A stretch of DNA of 64,000 bases from Mytilus edulis (lineage: Eukaryota): contig NC_092345.1 in assembly GCF_963676685.1 (NCBI RefSeq), positions 60,884,001-60,948,000 of the forward strand, in the 5' to 3' direction. Within the stretch, counting starts at the first letter, position 1, and every line of letters starts with the position of its first letter. The notes beneath the pieces are model-generated. The model was given only the letters and a program-made list of their open reading frames with translations, was not told the DNA's origin and did not search any database. The translations under genes and the position numbers were made by a program. This document shows positions 50,101-64,000 of this stretch, in pieces.

Positions 50101-51740
50101 TTTCTCAGAAATAAGTCATCATAATACCATAAGTAAACCTTTTCAGTCAGTTTTTGAGATTATACTTTCTGCTGGTTTACCCAATGGTTGCGATTGTTCA
50201 AAGTTTTGATAATTATTTTGTGTTCCATCAGTTGTTATTCTGCCTTTACAAGTTATTCTACCTCTGCAAGTTTTTTTGGGACACCTAAATGACTTTTAAC
50301 AATTTTTCAGAACATCTGAATTGACAATGTCCATATTGATACATGTACATCTAAAATGTGAACACTATATAGATCTAAACCTAAGTGACTTTCAGTTTTG
50401 TATTTAGAAATGAGTATGATTGAACTGAATCAATTATCCAGGGGTAATACTCTGAGACTACTATTATTGTATTCTCAGTAATACTGTCTAAACAAATATT
50501 TATAATCACGATAGTGTGATGATTATTTCTTTTTCTGTTATATTTAAACTGTATTACCTGTAAACTGGCTCAAATGAACCCCTAATCCCAAATTTGATGA
50601 ATAAAAAATATTGTGGTCTAGCAGATGACAAAAACAAAATTCAATCTGAATCCAGATTTTCCTCATACCTTATAGTGTTAAAGTTTTGAAAATAATAATC
50701 AGTAAAAAAAAAATAAGTTGAAGTTAAATGGTTGTTCCCTCAGCATACGACACGGCAGTAAAGCGCTATTTCGTATTTATAAGATATTGTATATTATGAA
50801 ATACATATCAATAAAGATAGGCGAGGTGTACGTGTCTGTGAGGTAGTAACTTAAAGCAACAAAGGATGTTAGAGGATAAAAAGGCAGCAGAAGTATACCG
50901 GCGTTCAAATACAGTATACACCAATAGACACGTGTCTATACTTATGAATAAATTCAATTGATATCAAATAAATGTAATGCGGACATATTGTTAATTACAA
51001 TGAAAACTCATAGAAACGTCTATCAAAACATCGTTTTCCTCGTTTACATTCATAGATGAAGTGGACAGTCATGGGTCTGTTATTCATTCATTTTGCTGTC
51101 ATACTGTTTTTTCCTATTGTTTTGTCATAAAAAATCATGTCGTTGCTTTCTTGTTGAACTTATTTCACATTTTGTCATGTTGACGCCTTTTATAACTTTC
51201 TATACAATATGGGGTTGTTGTTGAGAAAGGTCGTACAGCATTATAGTGGTTCACATTCATTTCCGTTGATTTCTGGTTAATAGTTGCCTCATTGGAAATC
51301 TCTTTTTTTTAAAACCTTATGCACCAGATGTCCATTGGCAAACTCATGGACACATTCCTTATATCATTGTTTGGAACCTTCTGTCAAACTTGGGGCAACA
51401 GACCTATCAATTGATTCAATTGTTTTTCATGTTTCATATATAGGTTGAATAGAGAGCACGGATGGTTATTTTTTGCCAAGGGTCAATTGTTTTTTATTTG
51501 ATATATTTTCATTAAAGAGTATTCTTCATAATTTTATTAGATCTTTGGATATTGTTTTTATGGATACAAATATTGATTTTTGTATTATTGAATTAAAACG
51601 CAACAACATTTTATTGTTATAAAATTGAGAATGCAAATGGGGAATGTGTCCAAGAGACAACAACCCAACCGAAGATCAGAAAACAACACCCCAAGGCCAC
51701 CGATGGGTCTTCAACACAGCGAGATAATATACATGTACAT

Positions 51741-53171
51741 CAGTGGCGGATCCAGAGGGGGGCGTAGAGGGCGTACGCCCCCCCCCCCTTTTGCTCGGAC
51801 TTTTTTTTTTTTTTTTTTTGTAAAATGATTAATCAGACTAGATTTCGTGAACTTTGCCATTTCCCGTGTACTACGATTTAATATTTATGCGACAATTCTT
51901 GACTTATAAAGATATTTTTCGCTGGAATTTACTGATTATCAAAGTCATGTGATTCGCTATGGTGGATTTGACCTGCAGTGCGTCGAAGAAAACGTCTCTC
52001 AGTCATTTTGAAATTCAAACTAAGTTACAGTACTAGTAACACATTGCGTAGGCTGAGGATAACAATCATGACACCTTCGAAGCAACACAGGATTTAACAA
52101 GAACGTACTGACTTCTATTTCACTATTCCACCAAACAGAAAGTAATGCTCTAGACTATTACACTCTCATGAAAAAAACGTTCAACAGCAATATTATCTAA
52201 CTACGGAAACATGTTTAACCCCAAACGCCCCAGCCTATTTTAAAATAATATAGCTGAATAATGATCCCCAGTCAGTATAAGCTCTATATAGATTTAAAGT
52301 CGTAAGTACGATCCATTTGAATTGAGGAGACAGTCTTAGATATTTGAGAGAAAAAAAATTACTAAACAAAAAATCTGGACGCAAAACAAAAATCTTGTCC
52401 ACTTTTTTGCTATTAGAAACGAAAATTCCCAACAGAATTATTTAGCATTAAATGAACATGATGAATAAAAGCGGGCATATTTTTTTGTGGCAGGGGTTTT
52501 CATGTCTGACCGAATGTCTGTTTCGCCGAACTGATATATATGGAATACTTTTTTAAAGACCAGACTGCAACCTGCCTGCTGGGTGTGACTTTTATGTCTC
52601 CATTTGTCGGCCGTCATTCATAAATTCGTTGTCATTTCAGACTCATTCTTAGCCTTTGATTGATTTGGAACCCTTTACTTCCCATAATGTTGTTGGTGAA
52701 ACATATCAACCAAACATTTGGATAAAAATTGCTTGTATGCTTTTTTTAACTCGTGTCGGTCGTATTTCAAATTCAATCGAATAGCCCAGCGTATATCGTG
52801 TTTACAACAAGAAATCTGTGAGGTTATTCTAACTTAACTTACAACATACAGTCGTGCGAGAATTTTCCATGTCTATGTTTTACTGACAAATCCAACATTA
52901 AATGTATCAGTACATAGCTTTGGATCCATGATATCATTTTATGATCGACACTTAATAGGGAGAATACAGTATCGAAAATGTCCAACCCTTACACCTTAAC
53001 AGCAACTACAAAATATGCATGCCCCACGCCAGGACCCGTTTAAAGAGTGTAAATTTCACTTATTTTATGTTTTTAGTCCTAAAAAGGGCCAAAAAAAATA
53101 TGTTCGCCTCGCTCCACTCGGCAAAAATAAAAACTACGCCCCCTCTTTCAAAAATCCTGGATCCGCCCCTG
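51741..53171. mobile_element. 1431-bp non-autonomous DNA transposon, CAG...CTG ends, 5-bp TSD
   Basis: cagtggcggatccag / ctggatccgcccctg, flanked by tacat at 51736-51740 and 53172-53176; no recognisable ORF. Confidence 0.8.
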
Positions 53172-54062
53172 TACATTCAAGGTCATAAATATTTCGATAC
53201 CTATACTTTGGTATTACACAAGGTCATTTTTCTTCGACTGCTAATAACGTATAACAGAAAAACTATCGGATTTTGAATGTGCGCTGATTGATGGTTTAGT
53301 CTTAAATATATCATCTGGAATACTTAGTACATGTGCTCTACTTTTTATTAGTTGTTATTGCCTTAATTTTAGCTATAGCCTTCAGGAACTGCAAGAACTC
53401 TCAGATCTGTATTTTATGATTTTGATAAGTTTTTCTTTCTTTTTGTGCTTTTTATCAATCTGATGATTTAAGCCTTTTTCAACACTGATTCTAATGTTTG
53501 TTCTTACCGTGTACTGTTTCACTACAGTCCCAGGTTAAAGGAGAGTTAGGGACCAGCAAACATGTTTAACCCAGCAACATTCTGTATATTCCTGTCCCAA
53601 GTTAAGAACAAAGGCAACAGTATTATACCTCTGTTCTAGCCTGTTATTTATTGATTGTCATATGCTTTTTACAGTTTGATTTATGCAATTTTAATGACAT
53701 TTTCAGCTTAAATATACCATATACGTTGAGGGTATTTTTGATCATTTTCCAGTCAAAACAGAGAAAGACCTCGGTTATTTAGTAAATCATTCTTTTAACT
53801 GAATCAAGAATGGATTATATATTATAATAAAACATTATTTGAATATAACTAGATATTTACGAACATAAGTTTCGGATCAAAGTACATCCTTTTATAACAA
53901 ATAGATTAGTGACAATGTTAATTTATGGTAATACATATTATACTAATTTTATTTGTATATATATATCAAGGATGTAAGATAATCAGGAAAAAGGAAATTA
54001 TTTAAGTTTATTTCTTAGTATAATTTGATGAAACAGCAAATAAAGAAGTATATTAAAATAAT

Positions 54063-54268
54063 ATGAAAATTCTTGTACCAATTGTTTTAGGAATAGCTGC
54101 TTCAGTTTTGATTACTATAGCAGCATGTATTCCAGGCTGGATGGTAAAAGAATACAAAAACTCGGGATACCATGTTTATATAGGATTGTTTTATGGATTA
54201 ACCTGTGCAGATTCTTGTAAAGTCAACCAGTTCAGTGAAATATACCATTACAAAAAGGGAATTGACCT
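54063..54268 (+). CDS. Claudin/PMP22-superfamily-like tetraspan, exon 1
   Basis: TM1 followed by P.W...GLF...C...C (a variant of the W-GLW-C-C signature); donor ct|gtaagt in phase 2. Confidence 0.82.
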
Positions 54269-54946
54269 GTAAGTGATAAAAGCTTGTCTATGAAATAGAT
54301 ATTTTCAAAATTTTTGAAACTTTTGAAACAATGTCATTTTACTAGTTAGAGAAACTGTATGCAAAAATCGCTGTTTACAGACTCTTTATATATTTTCTGT
54401 TGCACACGTACTATACAATTTGTTTAAACTTATAAAAAATCATCTTGCATACACGTTGTAATCAAAGTCATTAACTGTAACGGATCTTTGATTCTGTATA
54501 TTTTGAGTTATTGTTTAGATGCTGGTAGATTTCTCTTTTGATGTACAAGTTTAAATCATGACTTTGTTGCATGCATGCTTTAACATTATATTAAATAAGA
54601 AGATGTTGTATGGGTGACAATGAGACAATTCTCCATCAAATCCACAATGTATAAAAAGTTAACGATTATAGGTCATAGTACGGCCTTCAACACAGAGCCT
54701 TGGCTCACACCGAATAGTAAGCTGTAAAGGGCCCATACATGACTAGTGTAAAACCAACGGTCTTTGCAATATATATATATAAAAAAAGAAAACAAGAAAC
54801 GAGAAACAAGAAACATATATAAACCACACCAACAAACGACAGACACTGAACAATTGGGTGTTTGTTTAATTGTTAGACAAAAAGCATGCTTTTCTAACTG
54901 AGTTTTATTTTATTTTATTCCTGTTTTTCTAAATTGATAATTTCAG

Positions 54947-55089
54947 TTTTTGGATGTTGGAGTTTCATGTAGAAGTGTTGCTAAGTATAATTATATCAGT
55001 TATAAGCGTGATCGTACTGATTCTAGATGCAAGACACAATTGGCCACATAAGCGTCTTGTTACTGCTATAATCATGTTTGTGATCGCGG
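54947..55089 (+). CDS. Claudin-like tetraspan, exon 2
   Basis: Acceptor tttcag; encodes FWMLEFHVEVLLSIIISVISVIVLILDARHNWPHKRLVTAIIMFVIA; donor g|gtacgt; phase 2-1. Confidence 0.82.
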
Positions 55090-57842
55090 GTACGTATCAA
55101 ATTTCTTAGTGAATACATAATATATAAACATATGTTACTAAATACAAATGGGTAACTAATATGTTTTGACCACACAAGTATCTTCGGGTGACATGCACTA
55201 TATTAATTGCAGGTAGTATGAGTATAAAGCCGGGAACTAATCTTACCCTTTCGAACTTGCAAGTTAATATTGTTCAAACTCATGATTTTTACCTGCGTCA
55301 CCAAAAACGAAAGCAGGTCTAGTGTCCGTTCCTCTCCGTCCGTCCGTTCGTCCGTCCAAAATACATTTTATAAAACAATTTCGTCAACATTTAGTTTCTG
55401 TTAAAGGGGGTGCTTATATATTTGGTCTGGAGCTTGATAATGTTTAGTTGTAGCGTGTAAACACATTTGACACCGACCATACCGCCATTTCCTGCTTGCT
55501 GATTGTTTGAAATTTCACAACACTCACAGTACGTCAATGACAATTTTTATTAAACTTTTCGTGGCTTCTTTTTTATGGAATTAATTTTTATTGTGTCATC
55601 ATCTTGATAATTTTGAGTAGTAGTGAGTAAGCAATATGTATATCTGTCGTGCCGCGAATTCATGTTTTACTATTGTCAAGGTTACAACACTCATTATATA
55701 TAGAACATTTTTAATACATGCTTATTTGGACGGGAACTATTTTATATTTGTTCTGTAGCCTTTTCATTGCTTCTATGGATAGAAAGATTTCAAGTTTGGT
55801 TTAGATGTTGAAAATGATGAGTTGAAACGTACAAGCAATTTATACATCAGCGGTGCATCAACTTCCCTTCCTATTTGCCAATAATATAAATAGTCATGCT
55901 ACACCAATCAATTACATGCAGTGGAGTATACCAACAAGGAATCAAGATGATATACGATACCATTAGGTCAGCTGTAACTATGATGGCCTTCGGAAAGAGG
56001 CAGAACTAAACAATGATCAGAAATAAACAAGGATTTTTTTAGATTTTAGCGCGTCAAATTAGTGACGAAGCTTAGATTTGAGGTGAAACCAAATGACACA
56101 TATTTGAGTTCCGTGACGTCAAATCAAATGTCTTCCTCATTGAAGGGAAACCGATTTCAATATACAAAGGATCACATATATGTGAAGGTAATGAGGTCAC
56201 GGGACTGTATATGGATTTATCGCTTACACATATAGACATCAAGTGCACAAACATGTCTTTTTAATTTTTACAGAAATGCTTTAATTCAAAGAACAAAATC
56301 AGATCCTAATTGATTTCATTCAACTCTGAAATATTTGTTGTTTTTTTTTTATTCAATGCTGGTTGTACTGTTTTAATCTTGGTTTTCGAGACTAAATAAA
56401 AAGATGATCTTAAGATCATTGCGGTATCAAAATTGAAGTTAAATATTCAGTTATGAACTATTGATAATGATTAAAAATCACATTACAGTATGCACATAAC
56501 ACTGCAAATATTTCTGAAATTATTTGTGAAACTTTATGAAAATTGAACACGTGAGCTCAAAATATTTTGTTTTTGAAAATATGATTAATAGAATGTATAT
56601 AAATTATAAATACAAATGTCATATACTGTATATAAAGATCAATGTCAGCTTTAAAGCGTCAAAATAGGGATATTGTTTTATCTATATAAAATAAGGAGAT
56701 GTGGTATGATTGTCAATGAGACAACTATCCACAAAAGGTCAAAAGATATGGATGTAAGCAATTGTAGGAAGCCTTCCGACCTTCTACAATGAGAAAAACC
56801 CATACCGTATAGTCCACTATATAAGACACGACAAGACAAATATCAAATTGAATTCAATTTAGAAACTTAACGGCCTAATTTTGAACAAAATAGTTTACGA
56901 TTAAACGGCTTATTTCTGTCATATTTGCTTTTTGTAAATTATTTTGTTCAAAAAGGTAAAACATCCTCCCCCTAATAGAACGGTTAGAATTTTTACCTGA
57001 TGTTTAATAGGTGTTGAAACAAAGCACAGTGAGAATGCAACAGCTTTTTATCATCAAGCCTCAGTTTCTACATACTTTCTGATACATATGTGGTTGATAT
57101 ATTAACAAAAAGATTTAAAACATTTAAAGGTAAATAGATTTCAGCAAATTTTTGTTCAGTTTGTTCTTATGATGGCTATGTAAGAAGTCGAAAATATGTA
57201 AATAAGATTTTATAAATTCTGTGTGTTTTCCTGGATTTGCCTTTATCAGAAAGGCCCAAACCAAATTATTTGAAAGCCTTTCATGTTTAACACATAGTAA
57301 TAGTTAAAGTAAGGTAGGAAAATTATTTTCTTATCTGAACTTTTAAAAAAAATAATAAAATTAACTTTTAATCATATTCACTAATTCAGCTGGAGTACCC
57401 TTGACTGTTGTCTAAAGCGTTTTTGTAATCGTAAATGCCTTCAGACAGTCTGAAATGAATGAATTTGGAAAACAAATAGGCATATGGTACTTTTGGTTAT
57501 ATGGTCAAAACGCGCGGAAAATATAAATGTGTTAAAAAATCAAAAACATTCGGAAAAAATCATGAAACCGTACAATGTAAACTGTAGTATAGTTTAATTA
57601 TACAAAATCATCTACAGTAACACTTGCAAGAAATTTCCATGGGTTATATGAATTATATATTAAATCTCATAACATATTTCAAGGATGTTGTGAATGTTTT
57701 AAAATACGCGAGCATGTTGTGTATTTTTTTAATTTTATTTTTTTTATAAATTTTGTAAAAGATAATATCTTTATTTTTTAGTGCTCTGAAACAGTTTAGT
57801 TATTTACATCACAGATATTTGTACTATAATTTTTATTTACAG

Positions 57843-58153
57843 GTGTATTAGTATTGATTGGCTGTGGCAGAATTCTGTATGCAACAATATCATCAAACTA
57901 TCGCATGAAGACAATGAAACAAAAATCTGATTTCTCATTTTCCTTTTCCTTTTCATTAGTTCCCGCCATTTTAGGGGGAATATTACTAATGATGGCTGCC
58001 TTTACCGTATGCATCATCAGAAAGAGAAACAACAACGAAGATGAAAAAGAAAAAGTTGTCTTTAACGACATTTGGGAGACAAAAGTTGATTATGTACCAC
58101 GAAAATCACAGGGCAGTTTGTCATATGATACAAAATCCAGCCAGGCAGTGTAA
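57843..58153 (+). CDS. Claudin-like tetraspan, exon 3 (full model 219 aa)
   Basis: Acceptor ttttatttacag in phase 1; end of TM3, ECL2, TM4 (LVPAILGGILLMMAAFTVCII), basic stop-transfer and cytoplasmic tail. Confidence 0.82.
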
Positions 58154-58656
58154 TAATTAGCTGTAAAATTTACTTTCATTGTCTCATTAAACACGTTGGT
58201 GATTTAAAATGTGCACCATATTTTTGTAGTTATTTTGAATGGAAAGAAAAAATATTTTCTAATCCTTCCTAAATTCCATCTTTAACGAGTAAATCATAGA
58301 AAAAACTGACACATAACAAAATGATGTTGTATATGAGCTGATAGACAAAAAACTTTCAGCCAATCAGAAGACGGGTTACATTAAATATTGAATAATAAAG
58401 ACAAGCACAATACACAGTTTTAATTCGGCCATTTTTACGTTGCATTTGCCGTAGGTATGTAAAAAAAATTGTATTACAATTCTTGCAATAAAGTCATTTA
58501 CTACCCAAAAGAACTTTCTGAACTTCAGACTTTTTTGAGTTTATATGTGCTTCGTGTCTTGAAAGTACATTTTGACAGTATGAACGGTAATTCGTCCATT
58601 TTAAACAAGTATTTTATCGGACACTACATCTTATGCTTAGAATTTGAATAGTCTAC

Positions 58657-59066
58657 TTACTACGGTAAAATAAGTATATATATTATATGTATGTGGTGAT
58701 GCAACTATGTACGTGTAAATAGTTTACTATGGTAAAATAAGTATATATATTACATGTATGTGGTGATGCAACTATGTACGTGTAAATAGTTTACTATGGT
58801 AAAATAAGTATATATATTACATGTATGTGGTGATGCAACTAGGTACGTGTAAATAGTTTACTATGGTAAAATAGGTATATATATTACATGTATGTGGTGA
58901 TGCAACTATGTACGTGTAAATAGTTTACTATGGTAAAATAAGTATATATATTACATGTATGTGGTGATGCAACTATGAACGTGTAAATAGTTTACTATGG
59001 TAAAATAGGTATATATATTACATGTATGTGGTGATGCAACTATGTACGTGTAAATAGTTTACTATG
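58657..59066. repeat. 67-bp minisatellite, 6 full copies
   Basis: Unit ttactatggtaaaataagtatatatattacatgtatgtggtgatgcaactatgtacgtgtaaatagt, starting at 58657, 58724, etc. Confidence 0.95.
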
Positions 59067-59201
59067 TTGAAATAGATATATTATGTATTGAACCTGTAGA
59101 TTTTGAATAGTTTAACCATGTTAATATAAGTATAGTATGTCAAGACCATAATGTTTTGAACCTGTAGATTTTGAATATTTTATTTTAAACAAGTATGATA
59201 C

Positions 59202-60196
59202 TATGGCAAGCCGTTGTGGAATTTATTCCCTATTTATTAATATTAATAAATCATTTATTAATATTAAATATTATTTTTTAATATTAATAAATCGAATATT
59301 TAATAATAATAAATATTTCTTAATATAAAAAAATAGTCATTTTTTAATATTAATAAATAGGTTTTATTTTCTAATATTAAAAAATCATTTTTTAATATTA
59401 ATAAATGATTTTTTAATATTAAATATTCATTTATTAATACTAAAAAATCAGCGTATTATTTAATATTAAAAATTCGATTTATTAATATTAAAAAATCAGC
59501 GTATTATTTAATATTAAAAATTCGATTTATTAATATTAAAAAATGATTTTGAATAGTTTAACCATGTTAATATAAGTATAGTATGTCAAGACCATAATGT
59601 TTTGAACCTGTAGATTTTGAATATTTTATTTTAAACAAGTATGATACTATGGCAAACCGTTGTGGAATTTATTCCCTATTTATCAATATTAATAAATCAT
59701 TTATTAATATTAAATATTATTTTTTAATATTAATAAATCGAATATTTAATATTAATAAATGTTTTTTAATATAAAAAAATAGTCATTTTTTAATATTTAT
59801 AAATAGGTTTTATTTTCTAATATTAAAAAATCATTTTTTTAATATTAATAAATCGAATATTTAATTTTAATAAATGTTTTTTAATATAAAAAAATAGTCA
59901 TTTTTTAATATTTATAAATAGGTTTTTTTTCTAATATTAGAAAATCATTTTTTAATATTAATAAGTGATTTTTTAATATTAAATATTCATTTATTAATAT
60001 TAAAAAATCAGCGTATTATTTAATATTAAAAAATCAGCGTATTATTTAATATTAAAAATTTGATTTATTAATATTAAAAAATGAATTTTTAATATTAAAA
60101 ATTGAATTTTTAATATTAAAAAATCATTAATTAATATTAATAAATGATTTTTTAATATTAATAAATAGGGAATAAATTCCACAACGGCTTGCCATA
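59202..60196. mobile_element. Foldback element with IS3EU-like termini and ttaatattaa arrays; left end and flank tandemly duplicated
   Basis: tatggcaagccgttgtggaatttattccctatttat at 59202 (again at 59648) and its inverse ending at 60196; flanks tgatac/tggttc match at 4 of 6. Confidence 0.82.
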
Positions 60197-60949
60197 TGGT
60201 TCTGATTTATATAAGCACAAACAATTTGTTGTGGGAAAACCACATCCGGAACACTCGAGACCAAAGGTTCGGAAAGCAAAAACATATATAATAGTTATAT
60301 AATAGTTGTGAACATACAATATATATCTTTATTCTCATAAAGCCAATGCATTACATCAGTACAGAGATAACAACAATATAAAAGGGTCTAAAATAACGTC
60401 AAAAACAGTCTTGGTCAACTTTTACCTTTGGGAATTGCACATTTCTTATTTAGTTATATTACATAGTTTAGTATAAACTGTTAACTGTATATCATACCGT
60501 TTGCCGAAACATTTTAGTAACATAATCCACTCTTGTATTTAGAAGTGGTACAGAGCTATTTAGGGTTTTAAAGAGTGTCTTGAAATGGCAATAATCGCCT
60601 TGTGTAGTGTGGCTTTCGTGTTTGCCGGGATTAACAAACTAATTGTAACTGTATTGTTTGTCGTCTTTGATACCGATTTTAGTCAGATAATAAATTCTTC
60701 AAAACTTGACTGATTTTTTTTCTTTTCTCTGGGTACTTTTTTGATTCCACTGAATGTTTTAGTTGTATGAGATTTGTTATTATTTTGTGATGCCAAACCA
60801 TGGTCCCAAGTTATGATAGGGTTGAACGCTCACATACATGTTTAGCCCGGCAAAACTCCTCTACTTCCACTTCTACCCCTACAATATCGAATTCCTAATA
60901 CAAATTGAAGATCTTTTCTTAGAGGGTACCTAACAACAAAGACATAGAT

Positions 60950-61740
60950 AAAATATACAAAAATAAATAGTACAAATTTTCAATAAGTATAATATAATTG
61001 TGTTTTGGAATTTGAGATAAAATCAATGAGCTATTTGTAATGTGATCGTATCATTGTTTTGAAGGATGGAATTTGGAAACTGTTGGAATTTGTGGAATTA
61101 GTTTTTCATGTTATATATTGTGTACCATTTCTATTCGCGAATATTTTCTACTGTCAGGGTGGTTGTTTCATGCAAGTGGATTAGACAACCTCCTTTGAAC
61201 TTTTTCATTTCTGTCTAAGTCTTGTTGTAAGTAAGGCTCCAAAACTGAGCAAGCATACTTAGTGATGGTCTTACTATGAAGTTGTATGACTTCACCTTAA
61301 TGAATGGTGAGCTAATGTTCATTCTGCTCCTTAGAAACTTAAGAGTTCTAATAGCTGTCTTTCATATATTATTTTTATGTACATCCCATTTAAGGTTAGA
61401 GCTGATGGCTGTCTTCAGATATTTTGCTGTTGTGGTGATCACTAAAGAGTGATTGTGCAATGTGCAGATAAATGACATTTATTTAATATTTCTGCTAATT
61501 ATCAACCAACAATGGGTTAGGGAAATCGAAATATATTTTTCAGTTGTAATGTACCCTAAAGATTGATTATGCAATTTTTGAAATTTATATTTCTGGTGAC
61601 TGAAGATTTTATTGCCGAATAAAATTATGTGCCATCTGCAAATAAACGCACGGTAAGACCGGTTGGAATGCATTTTATGTAGTACATTCAAAGACTTGGT
61701 CCAAGAAATGACCCCTTGGAAACCCTTGACCCGTCATGAT
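60950..61740 (-). mobile_element. Old CR1-group LINE RT relic
   Basis: Manual translation: SKGSFLGPSL, VRLFADG, AKYLKTAISSNLKWDVH, MNISSPFIKVKSYNFIVRPSL; homologous to the LINE at 5594/15291. Confidence 0.75.
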
Positions 61741-62820
61741 GAAGTTTGTTTATGATAAGAAAATGGGGAACTTTATCAAATGCTCTTGAATAATCCATGA
61801 CCGATATGTCGGTTTGTTTACCATTTTATCTTAATGTGCCTTCCAAAGTCAGGAGCCAGAATTTCTGCGGCTGAACTTGTGTGCTTTCGGTCATATTTGT
61901 TTTTTGTTCATTATTTTGTTTTAAATCAGGCCGTTGGTTTACATCTTTTGTGGATAGTTGTATTAATGGCATTCATAGCTCATCTGCTTTTAAAAAAAAA
62001 TTTGTTCATAGATTAAACTTTTGGTTCAATGTGTTCTCTGGTGTAGATGTCAAAGATATCAGAATTTTCTCTTAAACTTATTTACAGCTTTTCAAGGCTC
62101 TGGTCAGTTTAAAGCCTGGAATATTATAGAACAATGTCGATGACGATATGCAAATCTTTATTTTTTTTATTTTCCTGTGTTGTTGGGTTGCTGTTGTGTC
62201 AGTGTTTATTCCACATTCCTTTTATTCGTTTGTGCTTGATGTTTTATTTCAATCTAGTAGATGCATTCTGTTGCTTCCTGTTACTGTAAAGAAGAAACTA
62301 ATTTGTAAACAGGTCGCAGTGTACCCAACCAACCAAGAGATATCGATATAAAGTTGGTGTATACTAAAATTGCGTTAGACCTCTGATCGATTTGGACAAC
62401 TTGGTATTGACTCTTGTTGACGTTTGACTGGTTGAGAACATGATTAAGATAGGTATGTTTGCATGTTAGATGCAACTTGTATCTTTCTTGTATGTCGTTT
62501 TGCTAAAATTACTATTTATAGTAGGTTTTCATTTCGTTAGAGTACAAGTATTTTGTATGGTGGACTATTTCGTCTGAATGTTTCAGTCTTGACAAATTTT
62601 TAACGCATTATATCTTTTGTTATAAATTTACATCCTTATCACAATTGAAACAATGTATATACTTGGAAGTAATATCGACAAAAACAATCAAATGAATGTC
62701 GACAAGGAAATTTTGTTCAACAAGATCTCTGGTTCTCTTGGTTTTAACATCATAAACTTTCACAATTGTTTATTAGATAATTATAGACTAACAAAAAACA
62801 AATAACCTAATGTTTAATTA

Positions 62821-63685
62821 TTACAATGCTGTTCTTAATGATCCGGATGCTGCTCTCGGTAGTGCCACAAACGAGGGTGCACGTGAAGCTGGCTCACGAC
62901 GTTTCAACTTATCAACGGCATTGTTTCCAATCATTTCTAGTTCTGTAATGTCTTGGTCAGTTTCACTTTCACTTTTACTGCCTGGTGCACTTAGATCGTC
63001 ACTGAACACTTCATCGGGAAAGTTAAAAGTTTCCATTGGCTTTTTTGTTTCATTTCCTGCTTGAACACTGTCTAATAAGTTATTATCTTGCTTTGTTGTT
63101 TTTATAAATGTTCTATCTTGGGAGTCACTCGGTAATTGATTATGTGCAAATGTTCGCAGAGGTAAAACATCATATTCTGGGTTTTTGTACAGGTTTGTTC
63201 TTGATAACCCCTGTATTTCGTCTATTGAATTCTGTCTTCTTGTTTTTACTGGTAAGCTTTCTCTTAGAGGAAGAACATCGTAGTGGGAAGCTGATGTGTC
63301 ATGCGCAACATTTTGAATCTTATGACCTTTCCCGGGAAGTGGTGGAGTGTTAGCTGTATCATAATTTTGTTCATTTTCTACTATGGTTGTGAAATAACTT
63401 CTGTCTTTACCTATTGGGCTAAAATTTGATTCCATTTCTACTGTTGTTTGATTTTTATCTGAATTTTGTTCTGCAATTTGATTTTCTTCTCTCAATTCTA
63501 TTTCTTCAAAACAATTTCCATGGTTTTCAAGTTTTGTTTTGAAAGCAGACGGCAGTTTTGAATCACGAGATTGAAATTGGTATGCCAACGCGTTCATATT
63601 TTCTTTCATAAAAGCAGGATTGGAAGAATTTTTGGGACGTTTTTGAACACCATCTATGTTCTCTGCTTTTTTCCTTCTTTTATTC
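62821..63685 (-). CDS. Last exon (disordered cytoplasmic tail) of a probable single-pass receptor; gene extends beyond the window
   Basis: Acceptor (t)n-ag at 63686-63687; the frame opens with a basic NKRRKK and continues into ORF 62821-63609; two YDVLPLR repeats; C-terminal -RTAL. Confidence 0.78.
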
Positions 63686-64000
63686 CTAAAAAAATGTAAT
63701 TATTATATACTTATATAATCACTTTGGTTGAATTAATAATGTTTTTACTAAACAAAAAACTGGATAAATATTGCAGGTTGTTCGCTTGTAGCTTACAGAT
63801 ATCGTTGTAATATTTTTACGGGCAATATAAAAGGCACATATAATAATACCAATGATACAACATCATCAAAACGCGCGACTTGACGTTATCAGAACAATAT
63901 TGTCTTTTTTTTTTTATTTAGTTGACATCAATACTGTTAGATTTTTTATTTTTTTGAACGAAATTATATAATTATTCACCAAGTATGCTTGTTACATTGT

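Overview
AT-rich eukaryotic genomic DNA with introns. The repeat content (hammerhead-bearing ~350-nt tandem repeats, Helentron-like elements, Penelope and CR1-group relics) and the gene families point to a bivalve mollusc, probably Mytilus; this is inference, not a database result. Six host genes can be supported: an MCUR1/CCDC90-like gene (4031-5104, -); a stand-alone NHL/beta-propeller gene (20669-21640, +); a Ser/Thr-rich mucin-like type I membrane protein with 4 coding exons (27639-38865, +); a single-exon short-ectodomain Toll-like receptor (44050-45876, -) followed by an exact 937-bp tandem copy of its TIR-coding 3' end; a 3-exon claudin/PMP22-like tetraspan (54063-58153, +); and the last exon of a receptor-like protein with Tyr motifs (62821-63685, -). 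The most striking structure is a nested transposon stack at 5.6-16 kb. A CR1-group LINE is split in frame by a 9.3-kb Academ-type element (13-bp TIRs, 3-bp TSD, decayed transposase/XPG/CXC). That element is in turn split by an IS3EU-like satellite-armed foldback and by a 5.07-kb non-coding insertion with unusual Crypton-like ends. Decayed retrozyme arrays with minimal hammerhead ribozymes lie next to a Penelope RT relic. I cannot demonstrate a wholly new biological system from sequence alone; the best candidates are ranked in findings. Repeat boundaries without a TSD are approximate.
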